A stretch of DNA of 63,491 nucleotides, filler included, from Lenisia limosa (GCA_001655205.1; 13 parts of 13 records of this genome joined end to end with filler, not necessarily neighbours in it), one strand, 5' to 3'. Numbered from the whole stretch's first letter, positions 24,020 to 39,782 are shown. The notes: generated by a model from the sequence alone, not told the origin. A program made the numbers and translations.

Positions 24020-24830
24020 GTTAGTAACTGGACGATCATATATTCACAATTTGTAATTGTAGAAAAAGAAATATGTTTATCATATTTCAATTAAAAAATT
24101 AGGGAGCAGTAAATAATTATACTCCACTTACCCCGTAAATGTCTGTGTCTCGGCAAGGGGAGGAAGAGGGTTGAATCTAAAAAAGTATAAAATACCAAAC
24201 TGTGTTAAAAGACCATAATCAGAAAAATTACCAGCATTATATAATGATAAGGTAAATACTGTAATCTAATATCTCTTCTCATTGTGATGGTGCAGATGGC
24301 TTCGGCCAAATACTACCTTGTTTTATTTTTCATCTCTTTTTTTGAACATAAACCAAAACAAAATGAAAGAAAAAAAAGAAACAACACCTATATTTTATTT
24401 GAGCAGGTCTCTGATTCTGAATTTTTTATTTCACAAAACAACAAACTAAAAAAGTGCTATATTTTAGGTGATTTCCATATCAATTTAACTCTATTTTATT
24501 AAACATCATAAAAAAATATGAGCTTCTTGTTGCCCGTTAATACCAAGATCACCCTCCGAGATGAGGGAGTAACTGGACGATCATATATACAGAAAATAAA
24601 TATATTTGTCATATCATATGCGTATATTATATCCATAATACATGACATTCATCTAAAAGGAGGCAGTAAATGATTATAATTCACTTACTCCCTAAGTGCC
24701 TGTATCTTGGCAAGAGGAGGAAGAAGGCTGAATCTAAAAAGTAAAAAAACCCAAACTGTGTTGAAAGATCTTAATCAGAAAAATTACCATTGCAAATGAT
24801 TGGGTAAATGATTGGTAAATACTGTAAGTC
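24020..24830. repeat. Diverged tandem duplication (~550-bp spacing) of the 3' part of the second RecQ-like gene
   Basis: 24023-24264 and 24568-24827 share AGTAACTGGACGATCATATA, GGCAAG.GGAGGAAGA.GG.TGAATCTAAAAAGTA and AATCAGAAAAATTACCA...GGTAAATACTGTAA. Confidence 0.8.
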
Positions 24831-26046
24831 CACATTATCACTGTCGAGCCCCTGAATTACCATTATATAAAAGAAAGACAGGTTGTTGGTATATATTAAC
24901 CATAATACAAAAGCTACTGGAATCTAAAGACCATGGATTTCTTTTCTTCCCAAAAGTAATTTAAAACCTCACCATCAAAATGGAAGAAGACCCAATCACG
25001 ATGTCTGTTGAATCGTCAGGATCATTCAGCCTTTTGGACGCATCAGCTTTCATCTCAGCATCGTTGGCCGAAGACACAAACAACCTGCATGTTAAAAAAA
25101 GGCTGTCACTCCCAAACTAAAAACTAGGAATTATTAATCAAAAACCAGGGGTATAAATAGTGAATTACAAAGTGTTGCATAGGTACAAAATCCATCATGC
25201 CTTTCCGCGAGAGACTCATTCATCGAGTCGTACCGCAGGAGTGCATCAGTAACCTGCTTCATCTTCATACAGACAAAGACACCGCGCTTTATCTCCTGTA
25301 AAAGTGCGTCCACCTTCTCAGGCATGAACTCCACCTGTTTTATGAGGGTACAACATTTGAAAACACTTCTTGATAATATTACCAATTAGCATTTAAAAAA
25401 AGTAATGAATCACAAATTAGGTAACATGTCCTAATACTAATACTTTCAATCCAAAAAAAACTTCAAATTTATCCAAATTAACCATGATTTTCCACAACTT
25501 TATGCTTTTTTTGGAACCGAAGTGAAGTTCAGATTATCTTACTTCTAAGCCTGAAACTATTGTCCAATAATAACAAAAACAAAAGAACATATGATGATAA
25601 TAGGACTGCCCCAACAAACGGCCTCTGTGTCCTTGAGGTATGTCCGCTCGCCATCCTCCAAGCCATCCGCAAGTTCATGTGTGGGTTGACCACCGATCTG
25701 TGAACTACAGGAAAGGGCTCAGCAAACGCATCTCGGAAAAATTTGAGGTCCGATTTGGTCATTGTGGCAGATGAGAGCTAAAGTGAATATCAGATACTTG
25801 AAACAGAACTTCTCGAAAGATATCTATGAGTCACCACCAACCAAGATAACAGGCTTCATTCGAGCCAATCCTTCGTCCGTCGAGAACTTCAGCGGCTCAT
25901 TCATTGCAGAGTGAAACACACTGAGACATCATATTATAAAATGAAAAATGGTAACCTAAACACATAATAACCAACAAAAAAAGCTAAACCATACCCCCCC
26001 ACTTACGGCCATTGTCTAAAGCTGTGGGCTTCATCCTGTACAAGAC
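24540..26046 (-). CDS. Second RecQ-like SF2 helicase (5' end cut by scaffold end; possibly decaying)
   Basis: In-frame exons GLVQDEAHSFRQWP / VFHSAMNE...MKPVIL / LSSATMTKSDLKFFRDAF...HRSVVNPHMNLRM, later DIVIGSSSILM / GLDSDNVD. One junction near motif IV could not be stitched in frame. Confidence 0.7.
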
Positions 26047-26510
26047 CTGTCATAAAAGACGTGGTTGGTTGGGGAATCCCTCTTCATGACTTCCCTATCG
26101 TATTCTGTTGTTAATTGTCAACACNNNNNNNNNNNNNNNNNNNNNNNNNNNNNNNNNNNNNNNNNNNNTTAATTAATTAANNNNNNNNNNNNNNNNNNNN
26201 NNNNNNNNNNNNNNNNNNNNNNNNTAAGAGATATAGGACTATAGTATAATAGTAAGTCACCCAACTCATAATAGGACGTATCAACCAATTTATACAGTCG
26301 ACTTGTATTACATCCAAAAACTTGTAACAAGTTGCACCATTTTGGTATTAGTAGTATACTACAATCATACAACTATGTTTTATCATATGCTATAAAACAA
26401 GGTTATATCTGGCCGAAGCCGTCCACCCCATCACACTTAGTATGGTATTAATTCACCTAATCAATTGCCTTGCAACTGCACACAGCCTTCTGCGTGCCTC
26501 CCCAGCATAC

Positions 26511-29500
26511 GTAATAGCAATAGGAGGGGGAGTTACAGTGAGTGTGGCGGTACAAGGCTCAACAGCCAAACCNNNNNNNNNNNNNNNNNNNNNNNNNNNN
26601 NNNNNNNNNNNNNNNNNNNNNNNNNNNNNNNNNNNNNNNNNNNNNNNNNTTGGGAAAACGGAAAAATGGACCGTGTTGTGACGGGTTTGTACTTGAATGG
26701 GTACTCCACTTTTCAAAGGAGATTTCATTATTAATCATATTATTTATCTTTATTTGTGACATTTTCACACGGATGAACTCTTGGAATCATTCCCGAACTC
26801 ACCCCTCCCCCTCCCACCGAAACTGTAATGGGGTCAACGGGGCGGCCGTGATCGAACTTCTGCGTTCCGTTGCTGATGACCTGTACAATAAGGGGGATTA
26901 CACTAGGAAATAAAGGGGGATAATAGGGCGATAGGGGGGACTCTGCAAGGCGAGAAATGAAAGGAAGAAAATGGGAGTTATATTAGGAAATAAATCTATG
27001 CATTATGATGTTTGCAATACTATGAAGTTCATTGTTTGAAATGCACAAGTGTATGATAAAAAAAAATACAGTCTACTCTGTATACAGTGACCGCGATAAG
27101 TCCGTGACACGATTGACAAAAGAGAAACCTCAATATCCGTGTACGTATATCATTTTATAAATAATAAAAATCTATTTCACTTACTGTACCTGGAACTCCG
27201 TGTAAAGCCTTGCTGTAATGTAGCCCGCAAGTGCGTACTCGGAATTTCCCAGGTAGTACTGCAGTGGTTAGGCCAAATGGACAATTCGAGTATAAAACTA
27301 GGTCTTAGATCAGTAATTATTTTTGACAAAGAGATTCAAAGAAACAGTGACACACACGCGAGAAAGAACAAATCAACAAAAAAAGCGCCAGGCCGTCCAA
27401 GCAACAAATCAGAGAAAGCAAAAACGACAGTACCCACCTCAAGCCTATGTACTCCTTCCGAAAGGCTTGGTACGGTACAGATGACAACGTAAAGATTGCT
27501 GAAGTTGCACTCTATGAGAACTGACCCGATCCGACCGAAAGCTAACGTGTTCACAAAGAAGTGCTCTCCTGGATAGTGATGACAACTATGCCCAATTTGA
27601 GAATGGAGTACTATAAGTGAAAGACACCCCACCCAACACACAGATTTTCTATATTTGAAGAGCTATCCTTCAATAACATATTCCAGCTATAGCTTTTTCT
27701 TTTCTGTTTTTTACCCAATATATTTGCTTTTCTTTTTCCAACCGATCCCAACCGATCCACAAATCCGGATCGGGATCGGTTGGAAATTGGGGCTGGATCC
27801 GATGGATAGGATCCCAACCGATCTCTATCCCGATCCGATCCCGGATGGCTTCGCGGTAATCATACAATATGACACATTATGCAAATATATCATATGTATA
27901 TGTATTATTTTTATATCATGTGTGGCCGTTTTTTTTAAAAAAACTAAATTTTTGGCCGCATGTGCTGATACATAAGTCCACAATGCCCCACCAATAATAT
28001 GCACAGTAGTACTGCCCGCATTCGGCTGTTCCGCTGCAGTTACAACACTTGGCTGGATGTTGTAGAATTTGGGGTGTTCCTGGTATAATGAGGGAAATTT
28101 GGGGTGATTATTATAGGGGAATTTGTAGGGCTCCGTGCTTTTTTTTGAGACCCATTATCATTGGAACTCAACACGTTGTCGATTAATTGCTTCACGAAAT
28201 AATCCACGAAGTCCTAGGAATTTGGGGTGTTGGATAAGGGGTCGTCCAATCTACTAAATTGTATATGATAATAGATGTAAAAGTGCTATAATAATAAAAA
28301 CCTAAAAAGTCATAGAGGGGGGGGGNNNNNNNNNNNNNNNNNNNNNNNNNNNNNNNNNNNNNNNNNNNNNNNNNNNNNNNNNNNNNNNNNNNNNNNNNNN
28401 NNNNNNNNNNNNNNNNNNNNNNNNNNNATATATCGATATCGATATATAGTTTGGATTACACTCCCATTGCTTATTCGATACACTAGGCTAACCTGGTAGT
28501 TCACGTAACTGTGGGTGAACTGATAGACGGGAGCATCGGGGTTGTTGATGTACGACACCTTGAAGTAACTCTGGTGGAATGTCAGAAGGGGCTCTGGGAA
28601 TAATGTCAGAAGTAACTCTGTGAGGGTGTCAAGAACTGGCTCTGTGGGAATGGTAAAGTAGCTCTGTGGGAATGTCAGAAGTGGCTCTGTGGGAATGTCA
28701 GAAGTGGCTCTGTGGGAATATCAGAAGTGGCTCTGTGGGAATGTCAGAAGTGGCTCTGTGGGAATGTCAGAAGTGGCTCTGTGGGAATGTCAGAAGGAAA
28801 TTGAAAACAAAAAAAATGAATTACAAAAGCCAAAAAATAACCACCCTTTATACCAGAGCCTTCCTACCTTAACTGGCGGTATTAACACTTCTATCTCAGT
28901 GTCACGAAGACAAGTCCATGCAACTAAACAGTTAACTTGTTTGAAAACAACTACTTTAACTAGGGCTTCCCAAAAAGACCGGTTGTTTATCGAGGATTTA
29001 TCGGACAATCAGTCTTTTTTGGGTCCGTAGGGACCTTCTATTGGAATAATATGATGTCATATAATTCTACCAATATATGATAATATGCCAATAATAAAAC
29101 AGCTGGTTGAAAAAAACAACTTAAACGGTGCTGTAAAAATTACCTATGTAAATCTCTAACTTCCCCAAGAATAGTATAGTATATCATATAGTATATTATA
29201 TACTATACAATATTATAACAATAAGAAATAAAAAAATAAGGTTGTATCTGGCTGAAGTCGTCCACACCATCACACTTATAGGAGATGTTGGATTTTAGTG
29301 TGATGTTAATTCACCAACCATTTGCTTTACAACTCTGTGCAAACAGCTTCTGCGTACCTCCTCAGCATACTGATAATACCCATCCACTATACTTTCCCTG
29401 CCCACGTCCGTTCTCCAGTGGTTCAGCCGGGACAGACCACACATAGCCGTCATCGCTCTTCTCAAAGTGGCAATACAGCGGAATGGTTGGATTTCCGAAC

Positions 29501-30628
29501 ATCTGCGGTGTGAGCTTTGAACAAAAGAAAGAATTAATATTAGAAATCTTGGGAAACAAATAACTACACGGCTTCACATTAGACATATTATATATATTAT
29601 ATAGTATCTCGCCGAAGCTGTCAACAACATCATGATAATAGGGATTGGTTATGGATTATGGTATCTGGGGCTTCACTCCTATCCAGGAAATGGCTGAATT
29701 TCTCGAAAAATCATCGAAATAATTCGATAGTTTACCAATCTGTTCCTTGAATGAAGTCCTAATGTAGATACATATGATGTGTACATATGATATGATACGT
29801 TATTGGGAAATACCTTGAATTCGGCATTTTGTGTAAACACAATTCGGTTCGTGCGGTGGAAGGAAATGGTGATGGGTGGCTGCACGTATATGACCTCCCT
29901 AAATCGTAAGAGACATCTACCTCTAAATCGTGAACATTTTGGGAGTTCGCTTCATTATTCAGATCTACCCCTTATGAATATTCTCTGTGTCTGTTGTTTG
30001 TTTTCGAGTTGAGCCCTGTATTCTCACAAAAAAGTGGAGGAAACACGATACCCAAAGAATACATAAAATAGCATAATCAGTACCCCAGAATTTGGAGCAT
30101 TAGAATTAATGGCCGGATAACATGACGGGTTTGAGTATCATTGGGATTTTAAAAGAACTAGTTATTTACGAACCATTAAATTGCCCAAAAAAAACAAATC
30201 TTTCAATTCAACAAGACCTTAAACCAAGCTTCCAAATCATCTGACCCACGAGTAAAACGGTGTTGGCATGCCGGCAAAGTAAACTTCAGCTGTCATGTTT
30301 CCTGATATGTCAGGACATAGAGAAATTGGTAGGTCGAATGGAAAAGAAAACAAGGTTTTATCTGGCCGAAGACGACCATTACGTTAGGAGATGATTATTA
30401 TCTCTCCGACGCTTTTCACCCCAAGACTCTCATCTTTATTTCAAATTTCAACAATCACCACCCACCAAAAACGTTATGATTGGGGAAAAGGAATATGACG
30501 GAAGTGGAATTGTCCCGACAAGCGCTGAAAGTCGGCGTCAACTTATTGATACTCATGATGTACGAGCCTTCAGTGCTATCTGCTCGAATAAGTGGGTACT
30601 GGAACAATATAATAATCATAAAAATAAT
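26511..30628 (-). CDS. IPT/TIG-repeat surface protein with repeat-laden introns
   Basis: Exons VAWTCLRDTEIEVLIPPVK, YQFTHSYVNYQ/EHPKFYNIQPSVV, VISNGTQKF and GLAVEPCTATLTVTPP resemble TIG beta-strand motifs. Confidence 0.5.
27083..27500 (+). mobile_element. Tc1/mariner left end with decayed transposase N-terminus
   Basis: TA|CAGTGACCGCGATAAGTCCGTGACAC terminal repeat followed by a frame containing KKAPGRPSNKSEKAK (GRP motif of Tc1-type DNA-binding regions). Confidence 0.55.
27735..27845. repeat. GATC-rich palindromic cluster
   Basis: Perfect 15-bp inverted repeat TTTCCAACCGATCCC / GGGATCGGTTGGAAA; nine GATC sites in ~100 bp. Confidence 0.8.
28560..28797. repeat. 23-bp minisatellite (GAAGTGGCTCTGTGGGAATGTCA)n
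   Basis: About 10 head-to-tail units, near-identical at the right end and degenerate at the left; no spacers. Confidence 0.9.
29221..29370 (-). mobile_element. Family B element, apparently full length (~150 bp)
   Basis: Shares the 5' end GTATGCT(G/A)(A/G)GGAGG(C/T)ACGCAGAA with 26395-26510 and 50306-50415. Shorter copies at about 451-534, 8662-8708, 29604-29636, 30339-30392, 39591-39638, 40112-40170, 42276-42335 and 48981-49050. Confidence 0.75.
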
Positions 30629-31069
30629 AAACATAAAAAAATAAACAAAAAAAATAAAAATAATTAAAAAAACAAAAAATATTTCAAAAAAACATAAAAA
30701 ATTTTTTTGAAAAAAGAGGTGTACTGTGAGTGCTTTTCTAGTAATTCTTTCTCAAGATCTTAAAAAGCCCTCCTCCTCCTATACTCCATCCAAACACATT
30801 GTCAAGCCACGTGGGGTTTTTGACTTCTTCAGATTTTTCATGTAATACAATCATTTCTAATCCCCTCCACTCATTTCATAGCATAATCCCCTATAAACAT
30901 CCCCCTCACTTTCTTAAACTCAACCATGACTGTGAGCCCCTTACATTTCTTAAACTCAACCATGACTGTNNNNNNNNNNNNNNNNNNNNNNNNNNNNNNN
31001 NNNNNNNNNNNNNTTAATTAATTAANNNNNNNNNNNNNNNNNNNNNNNNNNNNNNNNNNNNNNNNNNNN

Positions 31070-33848
<2,779 letters not shown>

Positions 33849-34199
33849 GTGAGAGTGGGGGTCTAATGGTGTTTTGAAGGTGGTATTACATTGTGTATAT
33901 CAAAGGCTTGTTTTTGTTTTGTGTTTTTGTCATCTGGCTTTTGTCTAGTTTCAGCGTCGTGTTTTTTTTTTGTTTATTTGGAGTTTCAGATTATACAGTT
34001 CGTGATTAGCACCTTTACGCCNNNNNNNNNNNNNNNNNNNNNNNNNNNNNNNNNNNNNNNNNNNNTTAATTAATTAANNNNNNNNNNNNNNNNNNNNNNN
34101 NNNNNNNNNNNNNNNNNNNNNGGGGGGGGGGGGTAAAAAAAAACCTTTGAGTGTATTACAGAAAGTTCACAAAACAAAACAAAAAGACGATAAATTTGT

Positions 34200-36380
34200 T
34201 CATTTTTGGTACCGATCAGCCAACCATCCTTGCCCTTGATTTCAATTTGGCCATCACCCATAATTGCGCGGGTGTAGGTCAGGTCGGCTTCGGACATATC
34301 TGTTCTCGTTAGAATAAAATTCCAATATCTCCTATAGCAGGATGGAGTGTATCATTTTGTTTCTCATCTCTTATATTCTTGTAAGAGGCGGGGCTCGGTG
34401 CAACAATGAATTTTCTTTGAAAATGACGAAAATGACTTTTTTTGACCCCTCTGTGCGTGAAGTTCCTATTTCCATCGTTTTTTTAACAGGGTCTCTTTGT
34501 TGCACAGTAGTAACTAGGGTTTCACTCCAGTCCGAAAACGATCGGGAAAATATCGATTGAGGATGTATCGAGAATTTCAGTCACTTTCTGGATCGGAATG
34601 AAGCCATAGCAGTAACCTATGGTCCTAGCTTTACCCCCCCCCCCCCCCNNNNNNNNNNNNNNNNNNNNNNNNNNNNNNNNNNNNNNNNNNNNNNNNNNNN
34701 NNNNNNNNNNNNNNNNNNNNNNNNNNNNNNNNNNNNNNNNNNNNNNNNNNNNNNNNNNNNNNNNNNNNNNNNNNNNNNNNNNNNNNNNNNNNNNNNNNNN
34801 NNNNNNNNNNNNNNNNNNNNNNNNNNNNNNNNNNNNNNNNNNNNNNNNNTGTTGCCAGACAGACAGCACACGAGGGTTGATAACAACGAAACAAACGGAG
34901 CCCAGGCCAGTAAAATTGGGAAATTTAAGAAATAAAAAAGCGCATAATTGTGAAAAGTGGGTATTGTCGATGAAGAGTACTTACTGGGGGGTNNNNNNNN
35001 NNNNNNNNNNNNNNNNNNNNNNNNNNNNNNNNNNNNNNNNNNNNNNNNNNNNNNNNNNNNNNNNNNNNNNNNNNNNNNNNNNNNTCAGCATACAAAAAAA
35101 CCCCTCGCAGCATACTTGTCGAAATCGAGGTGCAGCATACGGCCGTCCACTGTGTTGAGGTACTGGCAGACTTCAGCACCACGGTTGAGGGGAGGGAGGC
35201 TAGGGAGTGAAGGGATGGGGACTGGGGACTGGGCGAATGAATCAGAGGAAGTAATCCGAGAAAGAAGCTGACGAATGGGTGTGATAAAATTGATATGGAA
35301 GTATGTGACGGAAGAAGTTGATGAAAGAGGCTGATGAAAGAAGTTGATGAAAGCGCCAACAGAGGAGTAGTCATCTCGGAAGTGACCTTCTCGATCTGGC
35401 TGCGAATTTCAGCTTGGCGCTTGTCCGAAAGCTTGCTGCCGGCATCCACCACATCAACAAGAATGTGCTTCTCCTGTGCAATAAAGAATCAAGTCTGGTG
35501 AAAAGGAGATCTTGAAGAAAATACAATCTCGGTTGAGAGCCAGTAACTGTTCACCAGCAGAGCCACATCATACCATGGCACGGACCGTGAACTCGGCTTC
35601 ATCAGTAGCAACCAAAATGGTCTTGCCGAGAGTCACTTGCTTCCCTGAAATGTGAAAATTCTAAAAAAGATCCGAAGGTTATTAAATCAGGAATCCCACC
35701 TGTTTCGACCTTGAAAATAGCTGCTACTTGTTCCAGAAGGGAAGAAGGGTCTAAAGAGGGCATGTCACACGGGTGAGAAAAATAACGGAACAATATTCAA
35801 GAAGTTCATTTAGTTTTGGCATTTGTTTACTGTATGAGAAATTAAGCAGCATTCAGCTTCTTCCAGCCTACTCTCGCAAGGGAACTCCCAAAAGTGGTGG
35901 TAAGCTTCCACGGCAAACTTGCCCTTGCTGTTGTTGTCGTTAACTAACATGATACTGTGATGGCAAAAAAGGGCTAAAACAAAACGAACAAAATTGGTAA
36001 TTATCATTTTAGTTAAAACAACAAGAAATTTACTAGTTTAGTTTAAACCCCAAATTGTTTATCAAAGAGCCCTTTTACACTAATCCTCAAACAAACAGAT
36101 ATTATATTTATATTTATAAGTAAATCAGAAGTAAATAAGTCTAAAGAACCAAAAGCCCGAGAATCCAAGTTTGCACTGTGTTGATGTTGCTCTATGTTGG
36201 CTAGTTGAGGCGCAGTCAATCTCACAGGTTAAAGGCTTGTAATATAGAATATAGATTCCCAGGGAGGAACATCTGTATCAATTCTAATGAGAGTCCTCTT
36301 GTGTTTCTGATCTTTTTTGTAGCGTTTACTTCCAGACCTGCTTGAACACGATCAGCGATAAAAATGGCCAATTCAATGTG
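34200..36380 (-). CDS. Multi-exon hypothetical protein
   Basis: Exons KGKFAVEAYHHFWEFPCE, PSSLLEQVAAIFKVET, KQVTLGKTILVATDEAEFTVRAM, EKHILVDVVDAGSKLSDKRQAEIRSQIEKVTSE, LNRGAEVCQYLNTVDGRMLHLDFDKYAAR, DMSEADLTYTRAIMGDGQIEIKGKDGWLI; family not recognised. Confidence 0.6.
34515..34608. mobile_element. hAT-type MITE (family A)
   Basis: TSD GTAGTAAC/GCAGTAAC. Confidence 0.8.
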
Positions 36381-36929
36381 GGAATGGTTATTGGTGGGGC
36401 GTCATTTGACACGTAAAATATGAGCCTTTATTGATTATTCTTGCTAAGTTTTTTGTCTTATCATCAAAAAGAGGGAACGAACAATAGTTATTTAAGACCT
36501 GAGGGTGGGCATGGTCAGGCCAAAAAACTTATATTTATGATATACTATATACTATATATATATATATACTATATATANNNNNNNNNNNNNNNNNNNNNNN
36601 NNNNNNNNNNNNNNNNNNNNNTTAATTAATTAANNNNNNNNNNNNNNNNNNNNNNNNNNNNNNNNNNNNNNNNNNNNGCTTCACTTCGGTTCAGAAAAGA
36701 CTGATAAAATATCGATATTTATCAAGGATTTATCGAAAATTCAGTCTTTTTTCGAACCGAAGTGAAGCTCAAGAACCAATAATTCAAAAACAGTGGGAGG
36801 GGTGGTGATGATAAAAATAATATATTTCAAACCCAAAGTAAAACTGTTAGATTGAAGGATTTACAATACTACTAATAACAAAAACAATATGTTAAAAAAC
36901 AAATGAAACGTGGAAGAAAAACGATTTTC

Positions 36930-39160
36930 ACTATTTTAGCAAAGACTCACTTGGTGTCTCAGCCTTTCTACGAGGTACTAGGGGGGGGGGGGGNNNNNNN
37001 NNNNNNNNNNNNNNNNNNNNNNNNNNNNNNNNNNNNNNNNNNNNNNNNNNNNNNNNNNNNNNNNNNNNNNNNNNNNNNNNNNNNNNNNNNNNNNNNNNNN
37101 NNNNNNNNNNNNNNNNNNNNNNNNNNNNNNNNNNNNNNNNNNNNNNNNNNNNNNNNNNNNNNNNNNNNNNNNNNNNNNNNNNNNNNNNNNNNNNNNNNNN
37201 NCTTGAAGACCAGGAGGCTAAGGCCAAGAGCGCTGCCCAAACTACCACGAGGGTGGAGGACCACCAGCAGTCTGGCGTGGGGAGAGGATACTGGTGTTTG
37301 TGGTTGTGTGTGTGTGTGATGTGTGTCTGAATGTGTGTGTGTGTCTGTGTGTGCGTGTGTATCATAAATTATCCACTTTCACTACTTCCCCCACCTATAT
37401 CGACTTTGGGTTTTGTTTGCCTTGTTGTTTTCAACCTTAGTGTTTTATTTCATAAGAGCTTTCACCCCCCCCCCCCGTTTGGGNNNNNNNNNNNNNNNNN
37501 NNNNNNNNNNNNNNNNNNNNNNNNNNNNNNNNNNNNNNNNNNNNNNNNNNNNNNNNNNNNNNNNNNNNNNNNNNNNNNNNTTCCAGCTAACAGATTGATT
37601 TGGGGTTTTTTTTTGTATAAAATAAAACAAAATCTCATATATTTATTTTTTTGAGAAAGAGAATGATAGAGACATTTGGAGTGGATAACAGTTTTCTCAC
37701 TATCTCTTGATTTAGAATCAAATACATCGAAATCTCAGGATTTAGTGAACAAGAGAAATATATGACATGTACATTAGAAACCTCACTATCTCACGATTTA
37801 GTGGAAAGACGAGGATCTTGACGATATGGGTGCTGATGATGACGTCATGCAATTCCTGGCCGGTTGGGGGGGGGGTTATGGGTAATCTATTGTGGGAAAA
37901 GAAAAAATAATAATGAAAAATTTCCGTATTTTTTCCGGGGCACAAAAATATTTATTTAAATCAAAGTCATTCTGTCACTATCTGTTAAGAACCGAACTGA
38001 TTTTCGTACAGACTGTAAAACCACTCCCACTTTACCGTTTGTCTACCATCAGATTCCAGATTTGTGGTGGTTTTGGACAATTCATTGGTCAACTTACAGA
38101 TGAAATGTTTACCGACTACCACACATCTCTCTTTTGTCTTTCATTCCAAAAAATTTAGACTGTATACTATTTACCTATGCCAATCTCGTAGGGGAATTAA
38201 AATTATGAAACAGACCTGATGGATGAGGGGAGTCAAGAACGTGTACACCCCGTTGATAAGAGATATTGTATTACCAAAAACCTCATATTTCAAAAAAACA
38301 ATATTGGGAACTGAAAAAGACGACAGAAAGAGATATTTGGTGGACGGTTCATCTGTACGGTGACCAATGAATGCAGCAAAATAAACTAAACATAACTAGG
38401 AGCCTATGTTTGTTATTGCTTGTTTTTTTTTTTTTTTTTTTNNNNNNNNNNNNNNNNNNNNNNNNNNNNNNNNNNNNNNNNNNNNNNNNNNNNNNNNNNN
38501 NNNNNNNNNNNNNNNNNNNNCCCCGTTAATGACATCAATTTGCTGACGTTCCTCCAAGGGTTTATCAAGGTTGGTAGGAGTGTAGACTTTGGATTCACTT
38601 CGGTTCAAAAAAAGACGGTTTCTCGATAAATCCTCGAAAGCTATTTTACCAGTCTTTTTCGAACCGAAGTGAAGCCGTAGTGCTAAGTGATTCCATAATG
38701 TGGGTTATAAATTGAAAAAAAGGGGTACTTACTCCCTTTGACGACCGTTTCACCTTCTTTTTATCCTCTTTTTACCCCATTTCTCCAAATCCTCTTTCAC
38801 AACCGGTGTATTCTTTTTGTCACATTTTTTCTCCCATTTTTTACCCAATTGTAACTTCCCTTTCACCACATGAACAGGAATACGCTGCCAAGTACCCCCA
38901 ACAAGCCATTGCTGCTGCGGCAAAAATGGGCCCTTCTACACAGAACATTCTCCAGATTGTTGCTAGGTCATGATAGCATGGTTTTGATTTTGTCAGGTAC
39001 TAATTGTGTATGTATAAATTTCTAAGCGCAATTGGTGTGGTGGGTGGAGATACGTACTTATCATTTGTGCATATGAAAGATACGTTATACTATGTAATAT
39101 TGCAATAGTAGACACAAAGTGCCCTTCAGAACATCCTCCAGATTGTTGCCAGGCATAGCT
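36930..39160 (+). CDS. Multi-exon hypothetical protein (C-terminal part)
   Basis: Exons AKTHLVSQPFYE, LEDQEAKAKSAAQTTTRVEDHQQ, WKDEDLDDMGADDDVMQFLA, EYAAKYPQQAIAAAAKMGPSTQNILQIVAR. Confidence 0.5.
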
Positions 39161-39782
39161 AGGTAATTGGTCATCGAGTGATTGTGTTCCTCCTTTCTTG
39201 ATAATACGGTTTTTTTGTTGTTGCAATAATCCCATTGATTCTGATGATTTGAGTTTATAAAACGTTATCGTAAGTTGAAATCTTACATTTGGATCCTGTT
39301 GACAGTTGGATACTCTATTGACACTTGGGCTCTGTTTACGTCTTCAGCACTTGCAAAATTAAACTAGGTACTCTGTTGCTATTATTATTAAACTTAGCGG
39401 TCAGCATTGATGTAGGGAAATTTACAAGTTGGTTTTAACAAAAATAATGTATTATCATCACTCATCCAGCGTGTGTTTAATAACTCAAGGATAGAAAACT
39501 GAATAAACAGAACATGGGGGAAACAAGGAGAAAGAATAACTATTTAGTGCCAATGCTCGTCTAACCTGGGGGTGGGGGTGAGAGTTGATATGACGGCTTC
39601 GGTCAGATACTACCATTTTATATATTTCCCACTGCTACATAATATGGTAATATATTCAATCCATGATTTTTCTTCAGACTACTGTAGTCATTGTGTAGTT
39701 TCAATATCCCCAAAATATACACTGACCGCGATAAGTCATGACACGATTGACAAAAGAAAAAGCTCAATAACCGTTTCAGGAC

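Noticed and set aside
26395-26510. Family B as a tRNA/5S/7SL-derived SINE or a known ncRNA gene
   Set aside because: No A/B boxes or cloverleaf recognisable; copies are truncated and divergent.
28560-28797. 23-bp repeats as a CRISPR array or coding repeat
   Set aside because: No spacers; the ORFs at 28666 and 28689 are by-products of the tandem repeat inside an intron.
30620-30720. A-rich tract as a retroposed poly(A) tail
   Set aside because: Interrupted low-complexity T-rich intron sequence on the opposite strand; no TSD or parent.
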